Source of the DNA: Candidatus Lustribacter sp.
GTDB lineage: Bacteria > Vulcanimicrobiota > Vulcanimicrobiia > Vulcanimicrobiales > Vulcanimicrobiaceae
Reading direction: 5' to 3'
Assembly (NCBI GenBank): GCA_965277805.1
Contig: OZ255842.1
Span: 864,001-928,000, forward strand
Length of the DNA: 64,000 nucleotides
Shown: positions 1-9,349 of the stretch, piece after piece
Numbering within the stretch: the first letter of the stretch is position 1
How the letters are laid out: the number at the start of each line of letters is the position of its first letter
Notes under the pieces: model-generated
Told to the model about the DNA's origin: nothing
Databases searched by the model: none
What the model saw: the letters and a program-made list of their open reading frames with translations, nothing else
Translations under genes and position numbers: made by a program

Positions 1-919
1 GGCGGACGAGCCGTGGCGCAACGTACGCCGCGGCGGGCGCGGCTGATGGCGGCGCGCGGCCGGCGATGGCGGCGATGACTGCCGCCTCCGCGGTCCGGAC
101 TTCATCAGTCGCCATCGCCGGCCCGGCGGACGCGGTTTTGCTCGATCGTCCCGTCCCGGTGAAGTGTTGGGCGCCGATTTGCGCGTCGTAGCGAAATGAG
201 AACGAGGCGCCTTTCGCGTCGGCGGCCATGAGCGTCGCAATCGTTGCGACGCCGTTCGGTGCAATGATCGCAGGATGATCGATGAAGCGCCGGCAGCCGT
301 AAGCCACATTGCGGCAATTCACGATTGCGCCCCCGTCGATCGTCAGCGGCCGCGGATCGCGATTGCGAACGCGAAGAAACGCGAAGAGGCCCTCGTCTTC
401 GATCCAATCGGCCGGCGCGGTCAACGCCGGCGTTGCCGTCGGTACCGGAGATGCCGGAGATGAAGGTTTGGGTGCGGGAGTGGCCTTGGCGACGACGGGC
501 GCACTGCAGCAACTGCGCAGGATCGACGCGAGCGCGTCGCCCGCAGCCGGATCGGACTGCACTTGCGCGAGCGCGAACGTCTGATTTCCGTTCGTACAAG
601 CAACGGAACGATGCGGCTTCATCACGACGAAGATGAATGTTCCGTCGCTGTTGTTGATCGTGTGGGCGTAAGCGATGTCGCCGACCGCTGCACGGCACGA
701 AGACATCGGTACCGATCGGCCGTCAATTTGAGCTGAATGGGCGACCGTCAAGCGGTCTGAGGAAAGGTCGAGGGTTGATTCCTCGTTGATCGCGGCGCCG
801 TTAGTGCCGTGAACGACGACATTCCAGCGCCACGCGTGAGCGCTCGCGGCCGCAGTGCAAAGTGCGAGGGAGGCGACGATGCCGCACCCGACTAGGCGCA
901 AAGACCGCACGACGTTCAT
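1..919 (-). CDS. Secreted hypothetical protein, 3' end outside the window
   Basis: Hand-translated (absent from ORF track): MNVVRSLRLVGCGIVASLALCTAAASAHA signal peptide, Cys-containing domains, Pro-rich linker, frame open to the window edge. Confidence 0.6.
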   Translation of the reverse strand, partial: MNVVRSLRLVGCGIVASLALCTAAASAHAWRWNVVVHGTNGAAINEESTLDLSSDRLTVAHSAQIDGRSVPMSSCRAAVGDIAYAHTINNSDGTFIFVVMKPHRSVACTNGNQTFALAQVQSDPAAGDALASILRSCCSAPVVAKATPAPKPSSPASPVPTATPALTAPADWIEDEGLFAFLRVRNRDPRPLTIDGGAIVNCRNVAYGCRRFIDHPAIIAPNGVATIATLMAADAKGASFSFRYDAQIGAQHFTGTGRSSKTASAGPAMATDEVRTAEAAVIAAIAGRAPPSAAPAAAYVAPRLVR

Positions 920-984
920 TGAAGCTAGAGGTAGGTATGCTGAGGAGCTTGCTTCCTTGCGACCAATGGGGAAGCCGAGCAGCG

Positions 985-1248
985 CTAAACGTACCGTTCG
1001 TGTTTGAAAGGGCTTTTCGGAACGGCTTTCGGTGGCGTGCCCTGGCGCATGATGCGCATGCAATTCGAGCACTTCGGCTGATGGGTTTCCGGTACCACGG
1101 CGGCCGTGGCGTCGATGTGCGCGCGGCACGCGGTCACGATGACGACCCGGCCGGAATACACGCGCACGCTATCCCCCGTGCGCTCACCCAAATCAAGGTG
1201 CGCGTTGCGCGAGGTCTTGGAAAGAACCCACCGCGGCAGCGGATCCAT
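985..1248 (-). CDS. Small hypothetical protein with CxxC
   Basis: 87 aa ORF with C...CSNC; TGG-TAAAGT extended -10-like box 5 nt before the ATG. Confidence 0.4.
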   Translation of the reverse strand: MDPLPRWVLSKTSRNAHLDLGERTGDSVRVYSGRVVIVTACRAHIDATAAVVPETHQPKCSNCMRIMRQGTPPKAVPKSPFKHERYV

Positions 1249-1305
1249 AGCTCACTTTACCACGAACCAAGCGGTCGTGAGCTCCCACAACGTGAAAGTT
1301 TTCTG

Positions 1306-1340
1306 AGAAAAAACCCTGACGTGTCATCGCATCAGGGTTT
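1306..1340 (-). terminator. Intrinsic terminator after tRNA-Val(GAC)
   Basis: AAACCCTGA...TCAGGGTTT hairpin followed by a T-run on the minus strand. Confidence 0.7.
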
Positions 1341-1347
1341 CTTGGAA

Positions 1348-1422
1348 TGGTGGGCACGAGAAGGATTGAACTTCTGACCCCCACAGTGTCAATGTGGTGC
1401 TCTCCCACTGAGCTACGCGCCC
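1348..1422 (-). tRNA. tRNA-Val(GAC)
   Basis: Reverse complement GGGCGCGTAGCTCAGTGGGAGAGC...TT-GAC-AC...GTTCAATCC...GTGCCCACCA; cloverleaf with encoded CCA. Confidence 0.97.
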
Positions 1423-1591
1423 GAACCGGTATGGGACGTCGATTTGACGACTGGCGACTATTCGAAAGCCGTCGAGTCTCACCTTTCGGGGCCCGCCCCG
1501 ACGGATCGAAGGTTCGCCCCCCGCGGGCAAGCAAACCGCGAGGAGGCTCTATGCGAATCGGTGCTGCCCCGGCGGGGTCTGAGGCCTCCCC

Positions 1592-2533
1592 ATGACGCGG
1601 AAAGGCGCGGCGGCGCTCCTCGCCGGTGCGCTGTTCGCCGGAGTACGCTCGCCGATCGGGGCGCAGACGCCGGCCACATTGCGCATCGGGGTCTCGCCGA
1701 TCGAACCGTCGGCGGAGATTTACTATGCCAAGGACATGGGGTTTTTCGCGAAGGCCGGCCTCGACGTCGATACGCAGTCGATGCAAGGCAGCAGTCTCAT
1801 CGTGTCGGCCATCGTCGGCGGGACGCTCGATCTCGGCTTCGACACGCTGGATGTGCTCGCGACCCAGCACCTCAAGGGTATTCCGCTCGTCATCATCGCG
1901 CCGAGCCATGACTACCTCTCGCCGAACACCCTGCGCACGCAAGCGCTGATCGTTCCCGCGAGCTCGCCGATTTTGCAAGCGAAGGACCTGAACGGGAAGA
2001 CGATCGCGGTTTCCACGCTGCACAGCCTCGCCGATCTCGGCGCGCGCGTATGGGTCGATCAAAACGGCGGCGATTCATCCAGCGTGAAATTCACCGAGGT
2101 GCCGTTTCCGGCGATCTCGGCCGCACTCGACGCCGGCCGCGTCGATGCCGCATGGGTTGTCGAACCCTTCATCACGGCAGCCAAGAAAACGAACCGCGTC
2201 CTATTCTATGGATTCGACGGCATTTCCAAACACTTCATCGTGGGCGCATGGGTCGCAACGAAGCAATGGGCCACTGCTAACCCCGATCTCGTCAGTCGCT
2301 TTGCCGGCGTGATTCACGACACCGCGGTCTGGGCGAATAAGAACCCGCAACTGACCGCCGACATTCTCGCCAAATACGACAAGATCGAGCCGGCCGTCAT
2401 CGCCGCGATGGCGCGCAATCACTATGCCGAGCAGATCAGTCCCGCATTGATGCAGCCCCTGATCGACTCGGCCGCCAAATATAACGGGTTCAAATCGTTC
2501 CCGGCTCAGGAACTCTTGTTCCGACCCGCCTGA
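1592..2533 (+). CDS. ABC transporter substrate-binding protein, SsuA/TauA/NMT1 family
   Basis: Signal peptide; GFFAKAGLDV, DLNGKTIAV, GRVDAAWVVEPF motifs. Confidence 0.9.
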   Translation: MTRKGAAALLAGALFAGVRSPIGAQTPATLRIGVSPIEPSAEIYYAKDMGFFAKAGLDVDTQSMQGSSLIVSAIVGGTLDLGFDTLDVLATQHLKGIPLVIIAPSHDYLSPNTLRTQALIVPASSPILQAKDLNGKTIAVSTLHSLADLGARVWVDQNGGDSSSVKFTEVPFPAISAALDAGRVDAAWVVEPFITAAKKTNRVLFYGFDGISKHFIVGAWVATKQWATANPDLVSRFAGVIHDTAVWANKNPQLTADILAKYDKIEPAVIAAMARNHYAEQISPALMQPLIDSAAKYNGFKSFPAQELLFRPA

Positions 2534-2539
2534 GACCAG

Positions 2540-2950
2540 TTACATTCCGGCCATCTTGGGGATGTTGCCGCACGCGTAGTAGGTCGGAATGTCGCTTGTC
2601 GAGTGGTGGATGTTGATCGCGAAGTCGCCGTTCTGCAGCGACATCAGGCTCACGCCCTTGAGCGTCGTCACCGACTTGCCGCGCTGAAGCGTCGTTAGCG
2701 GGTAAAACGGCGCCGGATTGAGCTTGGCACAGGTGCCCTTGTGAATATGGATCGGCTGGGGGTTGGAGGGGCCGCCCTTGGTGACGACGTTGACGACGGT
2801 GTTCGATCCGAGCTGGGACAATGTCGCCGTGGCCGTTTCGCCCGAGTGGTTCTGCGGCGAAAGGTGGACGACGACCGGTGCGGCCGCCGCAAACGCCGGC
2901 GTGGTGAGGATCAAGGCGGCCAGGACGGCCGCGCTGCGTAGCTGTTTCAT
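2540..2950 (-). CDS. Secreted CHRD/Cu-Zn SOD-like beta protein
   Basis: Signal peptide; PQPIHIHKGTC, AINIHHS, YYACGNI motifs. Confidence 0.65.
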   Translation of the reverse strand: MKQLRSAAVLAALILTTPAFAAAAPVVVHLSPQNHSGETATATLSQLGSNTVVNVVTKGGPSNPQPIHIHKGTCAKLNPAPFYPLTTLQRGKSVTTLKGVSLMSLQNGDFAINIHHSTSDIPTYYACGNIPKMAGM

Positions 2951-2993
2951 AGAATGCGGTTACCCCCAAAGCAATTATGGGAATTAGGTACTG

Positions 2994-3881
2994 ATGAAAG
3001 CTGTCCTGATCGGCAACAGCGGAGCAAGGCAGACGACCGAGGCCTTCGCCAAGGCCCGGGCCATGCTTGCCGACCGGGGCATCGAGTTCGACGGCACCTA
3101 CCTGGTCAACGATCATCGCGACTTATGCCGCCGCGTCCGCCGCTCGGTGAAGAAGGGCGCGCGGCTCGTCATCGTCGGCGGCGGCGACGGGACGATGACC
3201 GCTGCGGCCGGCGCACTCGCGAAATCGCGGGCCGTACTCGGCGTGCTGCCGCTCGGCACCGGGAACAGTTTCGCGCTGAGCTTGGGCATCACCGATCTCG
3301 AGGTGGCGGTCGAAGCCATCGCGACCGGGCGCGAGGTGGCTGTCGACCTCGGCAGCGTCAACGGAACGTACTTCGCCAATTTCGCCACGATCGGTTTGTC
3401 GTCGACGATTGCCGAAGTCACACCCAACTGGCTGAAGAAAATCGCCGGCGCGGCCGCCTACGTGTTGGCGGGCGTGGCTCCGGGTTTACGCTCGCGCCCG
3501 TTCCTGTGCAAGGTCCGTGCGCAGAAACAAGAGATCGCATTCCACACCTTTCAGGTGATCGTCGCCAACGGGCGCTACTTCGGCCATACCGCGCTGACGC
3601 CCGAGGCATCGCTCGATAGCGGTCATCTGACGTTTTATTCGACCACCGACGCCACGATCGTCGATGCCGCCAAGACCTACGCCTCGATCTTGCTCGATCG
3701 CCAGGGTTTGCTGACCAATGCCCACATCATCGATGCGAAAAAGCTGCGCGTGCGCACGCGTCCGTCGCAGACGCTCGCGATCGACGGCGAGGTGCGCGGC
3801 CACACGCCGGCTCGCTTCAAAGTCGTACCCGGCGCGCTGCGCGTCATGGTGCCCCAGACGACCCCGCCGTCTGTGCCGTGA
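2994..3881 (+). CDS. YegS/BmrU family (diacylglycerol kinase-like) lipid kinase
   Basis: GGGDGT, PLGTGNSFA, NGRYFG, IDGE motifs. Confidence 0.93.
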   Translation: MKAVLIGNSGARQTTEAFAKARAMLADRGIEFDGTYLVNDHRDLCRRVRRSVKKGARLVIVGGGDGTMTAAAGALAKSRAVLGVLPLGTGNSFALSLGITDLEVAVEAIATGREVAVDLGSVNGTYFANFATIGLSSTIAEVTPNWLKKIAGAAAYVLAGVAPGLRSRPFLCKVRAQKQEIAFHTFQVIVANGRYFGHTALTPEASLDSGHLTFYSTTDATIVDAAKTYASILLDRQGLLTNAHIIDAKKLRVRTRPSQTLAIDGEVRGHTPARFKVVPGALRVMVPQTTPPSVP

Positions 3882-4495
3882 ACGACGACGTTCGTCTCAT
3901 CGCACTCGCCATGTGCTGCTTCGTCGCGAGCGCCGCGCTCGGCATCTCCACCGCGCATCGGGAGTTTAGCAAATTCGACGTCGAGACGTTCGCCTTCCGC
4001 GGACACGCAACGCCGCTCGCGATTTTCTTCACGCGCTGCGGTTATTGGCCGACGCTGACGGCGATCGGCTTGCTGCTGTGCGCCGCGGAATTTGTCTTGC
4101 GCGGTCAGCTTGCGTTCGGCATCGTCTTGAGCGCCACGCAGCTGCTCTCGCAGGGCGCGGCCAACGTGATGAAAGAGCTGCTGCAGCGTAAACGCCCCGA
4201 CGACTGGCTCTACCACCACGAGCTGGGCTATTCGTTTCCGAGCGGTCACGCGACCACGGCGGTGGTCTTTTTCGGCGGCCTCGTACTGCTCGCGTTGAGT
4301 TTGCCGCTCTCACAGGGGCTCCGGCTCGCGGTCGTCGCCCTGCCGGCAATCTTCGTCGTGGGGCTGCCGTGGTCGCGTTTAGCGCTATCCGCGCACTACG
4401 CGACCGACGTGCTGGGCGGTCTGCTCCTCGGCGGCGGCTGGCTCGCCTTGATGACGGCCTTCCTGCATCACGTGCCGGAAGCGCGCTTCTTGTAG
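3878..4495 (+). CDS. PAP2 family membrane phosphatase
   Basis: K-x6-RP, SFPSGH and SR-x5-H-x3-D motifs; GTGA overlap with the kinase gene. Confidence 0.93.
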   Translation: MNDDVRLIALAMCCFVASAALGISTAHREFSKFDVETFAFRGHATPLAIFFTRCGYWPTLTAIGLLLCAAEFVLRGQLAFGIVLSATQLLSQGAANVMKELLQRKRPDDWLYHHELGYSFPSGHATTAVVFFGGLVLLALSLPLSQGLRLAVVALPAIFVVGLPWSRLALSAHYATDVLGGLLLGGGWLALMTAFLHHVPEARFL

Positions 4496-5427
4496 TAGTC
4501 TTCGGCGGCGCGGTGCAGCTTGAGGTTGCTGACGAGCCGGGGCATGAACCCGGAGAACGAGAAGCCGTGCGCGTTATCGAGAATGCTCTCGTTTTCGAAC
4601 GCCTTCAATACGGCGCTGACCAAGTCGTCCGGCACGTCGGCGCGGCCGTAGATATAGTGGTGGCGCCAGCCGACCGCGACCATGTCCGCATCGACGCCGT
4701 TGAACAGCCGCGCGGGCAGCGTGATGTTGGTCCCGCCCCACTCGGCGTTGATCTTGTCGAGGACGTCTTCGTCGAACGTGACGAAGCGCAGGTCACCGAT
4801 CGTCGTTAGATCGCGACCCCACTGCGAACAGCCGTTGATGTAGAGGAAGAAGCCGTTGGTCTCGCCGCTCTTAGCGAGATCTTTGGTGATGCTGATCATC
4901 TCGTCGCGGCCCGTTTCCGCGATCAGCTTCGCGCGCATCTCCGGCGTTTTCTGCAACGTCGGGCGCAGATCGGCACCGCCCCAGCTGACGATCTTCTCGC
5001 GCGTGAGTCCGTGCCCGGCCATGATGTATTCGATGTATTCGCCGACCAAGTTGGCGGGTGCCGGCAGCACCACTTTCCAGGGATACTTTTTCTCGGCGAT
5101 CTCGCGCAGCGACGTGATCCCACTGGCGCGATCGACGGCGGCGGCGAGCCAAACGGGCAGATTCAGCGCCGCGATCACGCGCAGGTCGGGAATCTGCTTG
5201 CCTTTGAACGCACTGTGTCCGCGCAACGCCCAGTCGACGAATTGCGGCATCGTGATACCGATGAGGTTCGTGCCCTCGGCAATCGAGAGCACGTTCTTGA
5301 AATCGCTCGGTTTCTCGTCGAGAACGATATCGTAGCCTAAGGGAGCAATCGCTTTTTTCAGCAGCATGCCGCCCTCGTACCAGAACGACCCGACACCGCT
5401 TGCTGCGAATTTAACGGCTTGACCCAC
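4468..5427 (-). CDS. TAXI-family TRAP solute-binding-like protein, no obvious signal peptide
   Basis: GITSLREI, DVPDDLV, LHRAAEDYYK typical of TAXI proteins; GTG start at 5427 chosen after a GAGGGGG RBS. Confidence 0.7.
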   Translation of the reverse strand: MGQAVKFAASGVGSFWYEGGMLLKKAIAPLGYDIVLDEKPSDFKNVLSIAEGTNLIGITMPQFVDWALRGHSAFKGKQIPDLRVIAALNLPVWLAAAVDRASGITSLREIAEKKYPWKVVLPAPANLVGEYIEYIMAGHGLTREKIVSWGGADLRPTLQKTPEMRAKLIAETGRDEMISITKDLAKSGETNGFFLYINGCSQWGRDLTTIGDLRFVTFDEDVLDKINAEWGGTNITLPARLFNGVDADMVAVGWRHHYIYGRADVPDDLVSAVLKAFENESILDNAHGFSFSGFMPRLVSNLKLHRAAEDYYKKRASGT

Positions 5428-5547
5428 GCTTAATCCCCCTCTGAGCGACCGACGGAATTCTCGCACCCGAAAAAGTGACCTGCGACGTAATAGGACGGCA
5501 CATTTCCGGGTACATGTTCATCACACACCCGAAAGGGGGCAGATGCT

Positions 5548-5886
5548 GTGAAAACCGCACTGAATGCCGCGAAAGCGTGTTGCGCGCTCCTCGCAATGAG
5601 TGCCGCGTTCTCGGTAGCCGTCATCGCGGCACCGGATGATAAGACACCGTCGCTGACGCTCGTCAGCACCGATACGAGCGAAGCATTTCCGTTCGCTGCA
5701 ATTCAATTCAACAACAAGACGTATCACGTCACCGAGGGCGACATCCTCGACGGCGTCTACATCCGGCAGATCTTGCCCGGGCGCGTTGTTCTCTCAACCG
5801 ACCAGACGCTCGTGGCGGGCCAGCCGGTGCATCCGGACGTCTCGACCGCCGATCAGGGCGCGCACGACCGATCGCTAAACCTCTGA
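5548..5886 (+). CDS. Secreted hypothetical protein
   Basis: Signal peptide; short beta domain YHVTEGDILDGVYIRQILPGRVVL, weakly like type II secretion/pilus C-type domains. Confidence 0.6.
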   Translation: MKTALNAAKACCALLAMSAAFSVAVIAAPDDKTPSLTLVSTDTSEAFPFAAIQFNNKTYHVTEGDILDGVYIRQILPGRVVLSTDQTLVAGQPVHPDVSTADQGAHDRSLNL

Positions 5887-5892
5887 CGAGGT

Positions 5893-5918
5893 AATCCAGC
5901 GAGCCCCCCGGCGGCGTA
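5893..5918 (+). promoter_or_regulatory. Putative ECF (SigK-type) promoter AATCC-N17-CGTA
   Basis: 7 nt before the cupredoxin ATG (leaderless geometry); same motif at 32143 and 32783. Confidence 0.5.
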
Positions 5919-5925
5919 CGGGGGT

Positions 5926-6264
5926 ATGAAACTGCGCATCGTCCCCTTCCTCGCCGCGGCAGTGCTCTCAGCGCTGCCGCTGGCCGCGCCGGCCGATACG
6001 CCGGCCCCGACGACCCTGGTCCATATCAAGAACTTCATGTTCGTCCCGGCCACGATCACCGTGGCGACCGGGACGGCGGTGACGTTCGTCAACGACGATC
6101 AAGAGCCGCACACCGTGACGGCTAACGACAAGTCGTTCGATTCCGAAGGTCTCGACACCAACCAAAAATTCACCCACACCTTTGCCAAGGCCGGCAAGTA
6201 CCTGTTCTTTTGTGAAGTGCACCCCTACATGCACGGCACGGTGATCGTGAAGGCGGCGCAATGA
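5926..6264 (+). CDS. Cupredoxin (amicyanin/plastocyanin-like) blue copper protein
   Basis: Signal peptide; PHTV and C-x2-H-x2-M (FCEVHPYM) type 1 copper ligands. Confidence 0.93.
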   Translation: MKLRIVPFLAAAVLSALPLAAPADTPAPTTLVHIKNFMFVPATITVATGTAVTFVNDDQEPHTVTANDKSFDSEGLDTNQKFTHTFAKAGKYLFFCEVHPYMHGTVIVKAAQ

Positions 6265-7142
6265 AGCGCGCGTCATTTCTCGAGCACGTCGGCTGGACCG
6301 GCAGCGGCATCGCGTTCGCGATGACGGCAACCGGAACGTTCGCCGCGGCCGCGCCCGGCAGCGACTTCACGTTCGTACAGATCAGCGACAGCCACATCGG
6401 CTTCTCGCTGCCGGCGAATCCCGACGTTCTCGCGACGTTGAACGAAACCGTCGACAAGATCAACGCGCTGCCGCAACAGCCCGCGTTCGTGATGCACACC
6501 GGCGACGTCACGCATCTCTCCAAAGCCGAACAATTCGACACCGCGAAAAGCGTGCTCGGACGGCTCAAGGCGCCGCTGTTCGTCATTCCGGGCGAACACG
6601 ATGCAATCGGCACCGAAGGCGCGGCGCGCTTCGCCGCCGCGTTCCCCAACGCCGCCGCACCCGACGGCTGGTGGTCGTTCGACCGCAACGGTGTCCACTT
6701 CGTAGCGCTCGTCAACGTCTTCAACTACGAAACGATGGGCGTTCTCGGATCGAAACAGCTCGACTGGCTGGCCAAAGATCTCGCCGCGCAGAAAGCCGAT
6801 ACCCCGATCGTGGTGTTCGGACACGTGCCGCTTTACGCGCTCTATCCGGCGTGGGGGTGGACGACCGAGGACGGCGCGAAGGCCATCGCGATGCTCAAGC
6901 GCTTCTCGGCCGTGACCGTGTTGAACGGCCACATTCACCAGATCATCACGCAGCGCGAAGGCAACATCTCGTTTGCGACCGCGGCGGCAACCGCGTATCC
7001 GCAACCGGCTCCCGGCACGGCGCCCGCTCCCGGACCGCTGACCGTACCGGCACCGGAACTCCTCAGCCACCTCGGCTATCGCAGCGTGTCGTTTACGGGC
7101 AAGCGCGCGGCGGTCAGCGATCGGTCGTTGCAAACCGGGTGA
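6261..7142 (+). CDS. Exported metallophosphoesterase (Icc/CpdA-like)
   Basis: DSH, GD, GEHD, GHIH motifs; Tat-like KRASFL leader. Confidence 0.92.
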   Translation: MKRASFLEHVGWTGSGIAFAMTATGTFAAAAPGSDFTFVQISDSHIGFSLPANPDVLATLNETVDKINALPQQPAFVMHTGDVTHLSKAEQFDTAKSVLGRLKAPLFVIPGEHDAIGTEGAARFAAAFPNAAAPDGWWSFDRNGVHFVALVNVFNYETMGVLGSKQLDWLAKDLAAQKADTPIVVFGHVPLYALYPAWGWTTEDGAKAIAMLKRFSAVTVLNGHIHQIITQREGNISFATAAATAYPQPAPGTAPAPGPLTVPAPELLSHLGYRSVSFTGKRAAVSDRSLQTG

Positions 7143-7666
7143 ACGACGACCGGGAACTCGACGCCGCATTTGCCGCGCATGCCGACGGGGCGCTTGAAGA
7201 AGCGTACCGCCGCTATGCGCCGGCGCTGCAAGCGGCAGCCCGGCACGTGCTCGGCACGACCGGCGAAGCGCGCGATTGCGTACACGACGCGCTCATTCGT
7301 GTGTGGTCGAAGGAGGGGATCTATCGTCCCGAACGGGGCACGCTGCGCTCATTCTTGGTGGTGTGCGTACGCAATGAGGCGATCTCGCGCAAGCGCAGCG
7401 CCGTCCGTCACGTCGCAACCGAACAGCGCGCGGCCGTCGCGACGCCCGCATTCGGTGTCGACGTCGCCGAACGCGTGGCGATTCGCGGTGCGCTCGCGGG
7501 TTTGCCGCGCGAGCAGCGCGACGTTCTCGAACTCGCCTATTGGGGCGACTGCACCCAAGCGGAAATCGCGTCCCGGCTCGGGATTCCGCTGGGAACGATC
7601 AAGAGCCGGGCCGCACTCGGGTTGCGGAAACTTGCCCGAACTCTCAACCAACGGGACTTCGCATGA
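7139..7666 (+). CDS. ECF sigma factor, SigK-like
   Basis: GTG overlaps the upstream TGA; region 2 (DCVHDAL, PERGTLRSFL) and region 4 (TQAEIASRLGIPLGTIKSR). Confidence 0.9.
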   Translation: MNDDRELDAAFAAHADGALEEAYRRYAPALQAAARHVLGTTGEARDCVHDALIRVWSKEGIYRPERGTLRSFLVVCVRNEAISRKRSAVRHVATEQRAAVATPAFGVDVAERVAIRGALAGLPREQRDVLELAYWGDCTQAEIASRLGIPLGTIKSRAALGLRKLARTLNQRDFA

Positions 7667-8334
7667 ACCACATCGATCACGAGGCCGAACTCTACGCCCT
7701 AGGCATGCTCGACGATGACGAGCGCGCGCGCATCGACGAGCATCTGCTCACCTGTGAGCCGTGCACGGTGCTGGTCGGTAATGCGGAAGCCGCGGTCGCG
7801 GCGCTGGTCGACACGACCCAGGAGCGCCGTCCGCAGCGTCGCCGCGCGTGGTGGCCGGTCGCGGTGGCCGCCGCATTCGCGCTCTCAACACTGGGATTGC
7901 TGGGACAGAACCTCGTGCTGCACGGCGCGCTGAGCAACGATGGCGCGCTACTTGCGACGCTGGTCAACAGCCACTTCGATCACACGCAGTTCCAAGGCCC
8001 GGGCGGTCAAGAGATTGGGGCGAAAGCGATCTACGAGCGGCACGGCAAGTGGTACGAGATCTTGGCTGACGGAACGCCCGCGTGGCATGTGGTGCTCGTT
8101 CGTCCCGACGGAACGCGCGATAAGGCGGCTGCGGAGTTCATCCAGCGCGGTGCCGCGTCGATTGCCTACCTCACTCCCGCAACTCCGGTGCGTTCGATCG
8201 ATCTCGAAGACGCGGCCGGCCATCTTGTGGGAACCGTAAAGCCGACGTTAGAGGCGGCCCCTCGACAAGCTCGGAGTGACAGGGGGACTACGCTGCTTTC
8301 TTGGCTCGGATCGACTTTTTCAATAGAGTGGTGA
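7663..8334 (+). CDS. Zinc-binding (ZAS) transmembrane anti-sigma factor
   Basis: YALG and H-x3-C-x2-C (HLLTCEPC), one TM helix, extracytoplasmic domain; ATGA overlap with the sigma gene. Confidence 0.88.
   Translation: MNHIDHEAELYALGMLDDDERARIDEHLLTCEPCTVLVGNAEAAVAALVDTTQERRPQRRRAWWPVAVAAAFALSTLGLLGQNLVLHGALSNDGALLATLVNSHFDHTQFQGPGGQEIGAKAIYERHGKWYEILADGTPAWHVVLVRPDGTRDKAAAEFIQRGAASIAYLTPATPVRSIDLEDAAGHLVGTVKPTLEAAPRQARSDRGTTLLSWLGSTFSIEW
8254..8281 (+). repeat. REP-like palindromic repeat, copy 1
   Basis: GCGGCCCCTCGACAAGCTCGGAGTGACA, near-identical to copies at 14613 and 50899. Confidence 0.8.
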
Positions 8335-9349
8335 GGTGTTTGCGTTCGTCGCGGGTGCTGATGCGCGCGATGAAGGCGACGATCTTGGCTTCGCCGGTGA
8401 GGTGTTCGAGGGCGCGGTTGGCGAGAAACTCCTCGATCACGGCCGGCAGGATGTAGGCTTTGCGGCAGACGGCCGGCGTGTTGCCGAGGCGCTTCGCAAC
8501 GCACGCAATGGCCTCGACGACGGCGGCCTTCGCTTCTTTGTCGGTTTCAACGCGAACCTTGGCGAGCGCCAAGGCGCAGCTCATCGTCGCTTCCCACGTG
8601 CGGAAATCTTTGGCGGTGAAGTCGTCGTCGGCAATCGTGCGGATATAGTCGTTCACGTCGGAGGAATCGATCGAGACCGGATCGCCGGACTCGTCGAGGT
8701 AATTGAAGAGTTCGTGACCGGGAATGTCCTGACAGCTCCGCACGATCTTCGCTAACCGCTTGTCGCGCACGGTCACGCTGTGCTGGATGCCGCTTTTGCC
8801 GCGAAACTTGAAGTAGATCGCATCGCCGCGCACGTTGACGTGCTTGTCTTCCATCGTGGTGAGCCCGTAGGAGTCGTTCTCGCGCGCGTACTCTTCGTTG
8901 CCCACGCGAATCATCGTTGCCTCGAGCAGCGACACTACGGTCGCCAGCACTTTCTCGCGCGGCAGGCCGGGCTTCGCCAGATCGCGTTTCACCGCCGCGC
9001 GAATTTTCGGCAGCGCCTTCGCGAACGCGAGCATGCGGTCGAACTTGTTCTCATCGCGCACTTCGCGCCACCGCTTGTGATAGCGATATTGCTTGCGCCC
9101 GCGCGCGTCGCGGCCGGTCGCCTGCAGGTGCGCGTTGCGGATCGGCGCAATCCAGACGTCGGTGTAGGCCGGCGGAATCGCCAGCGACTTGATCCGGGAG
9201 ACCTCGACCTTGTCGGTCAGCGGCTTGCCGTCCGGGGACACGTAGCGGAAGCTCCGGCCCGCCTTCAGGCGGCGAATCCCCGGAACGTCGTCGGTCATGT
9301 AGCGCAGGCCCGCTTTGCGGGCCGAATCCAGGGGTTCGCTTGCCGTCAC
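8288..9349 (-). CDS. DNA topoisomerase IB (poxvirus-like bacterial type)
   Basis: IPPAY, GRDARGRKQYRY, IRVGNEEY, FRGKSG, KDFRTW, LGNTPAVCRKAYI with catalytic Tyr. Confidence 0.96.
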   Translation of the reverse strand: MTASEPLDSARKAGLRYMTDDVPGIRRLKAGRSFRYVSPDGKPLTDKVEVSRIKSLAIPPAYTDVWIAPIRNAHLQATGRDARGRKQYRYHKRWREVRDENKFDRMLAFAKALPKIRAAVKRDLAKPGLPREKVLATVVSLLEATMIRVGNEEYARENDSYGLTTMEDKHVNVRGDAIYFKFRGKSGIQHSVTVRDKRLAKIVRSCQDIPGHELFNYLDESGDPVSIDSSDVNDYIRTIADDDFTAKDFRTWEATMSCALALAKVRVETDKEAKAAVVEAIACVAKRLGNTPAVCRKAYILPAVIEEFLANRALEHLTGEAKIVAFIARISTRDERKHLTTLLKKSIRAKKAA

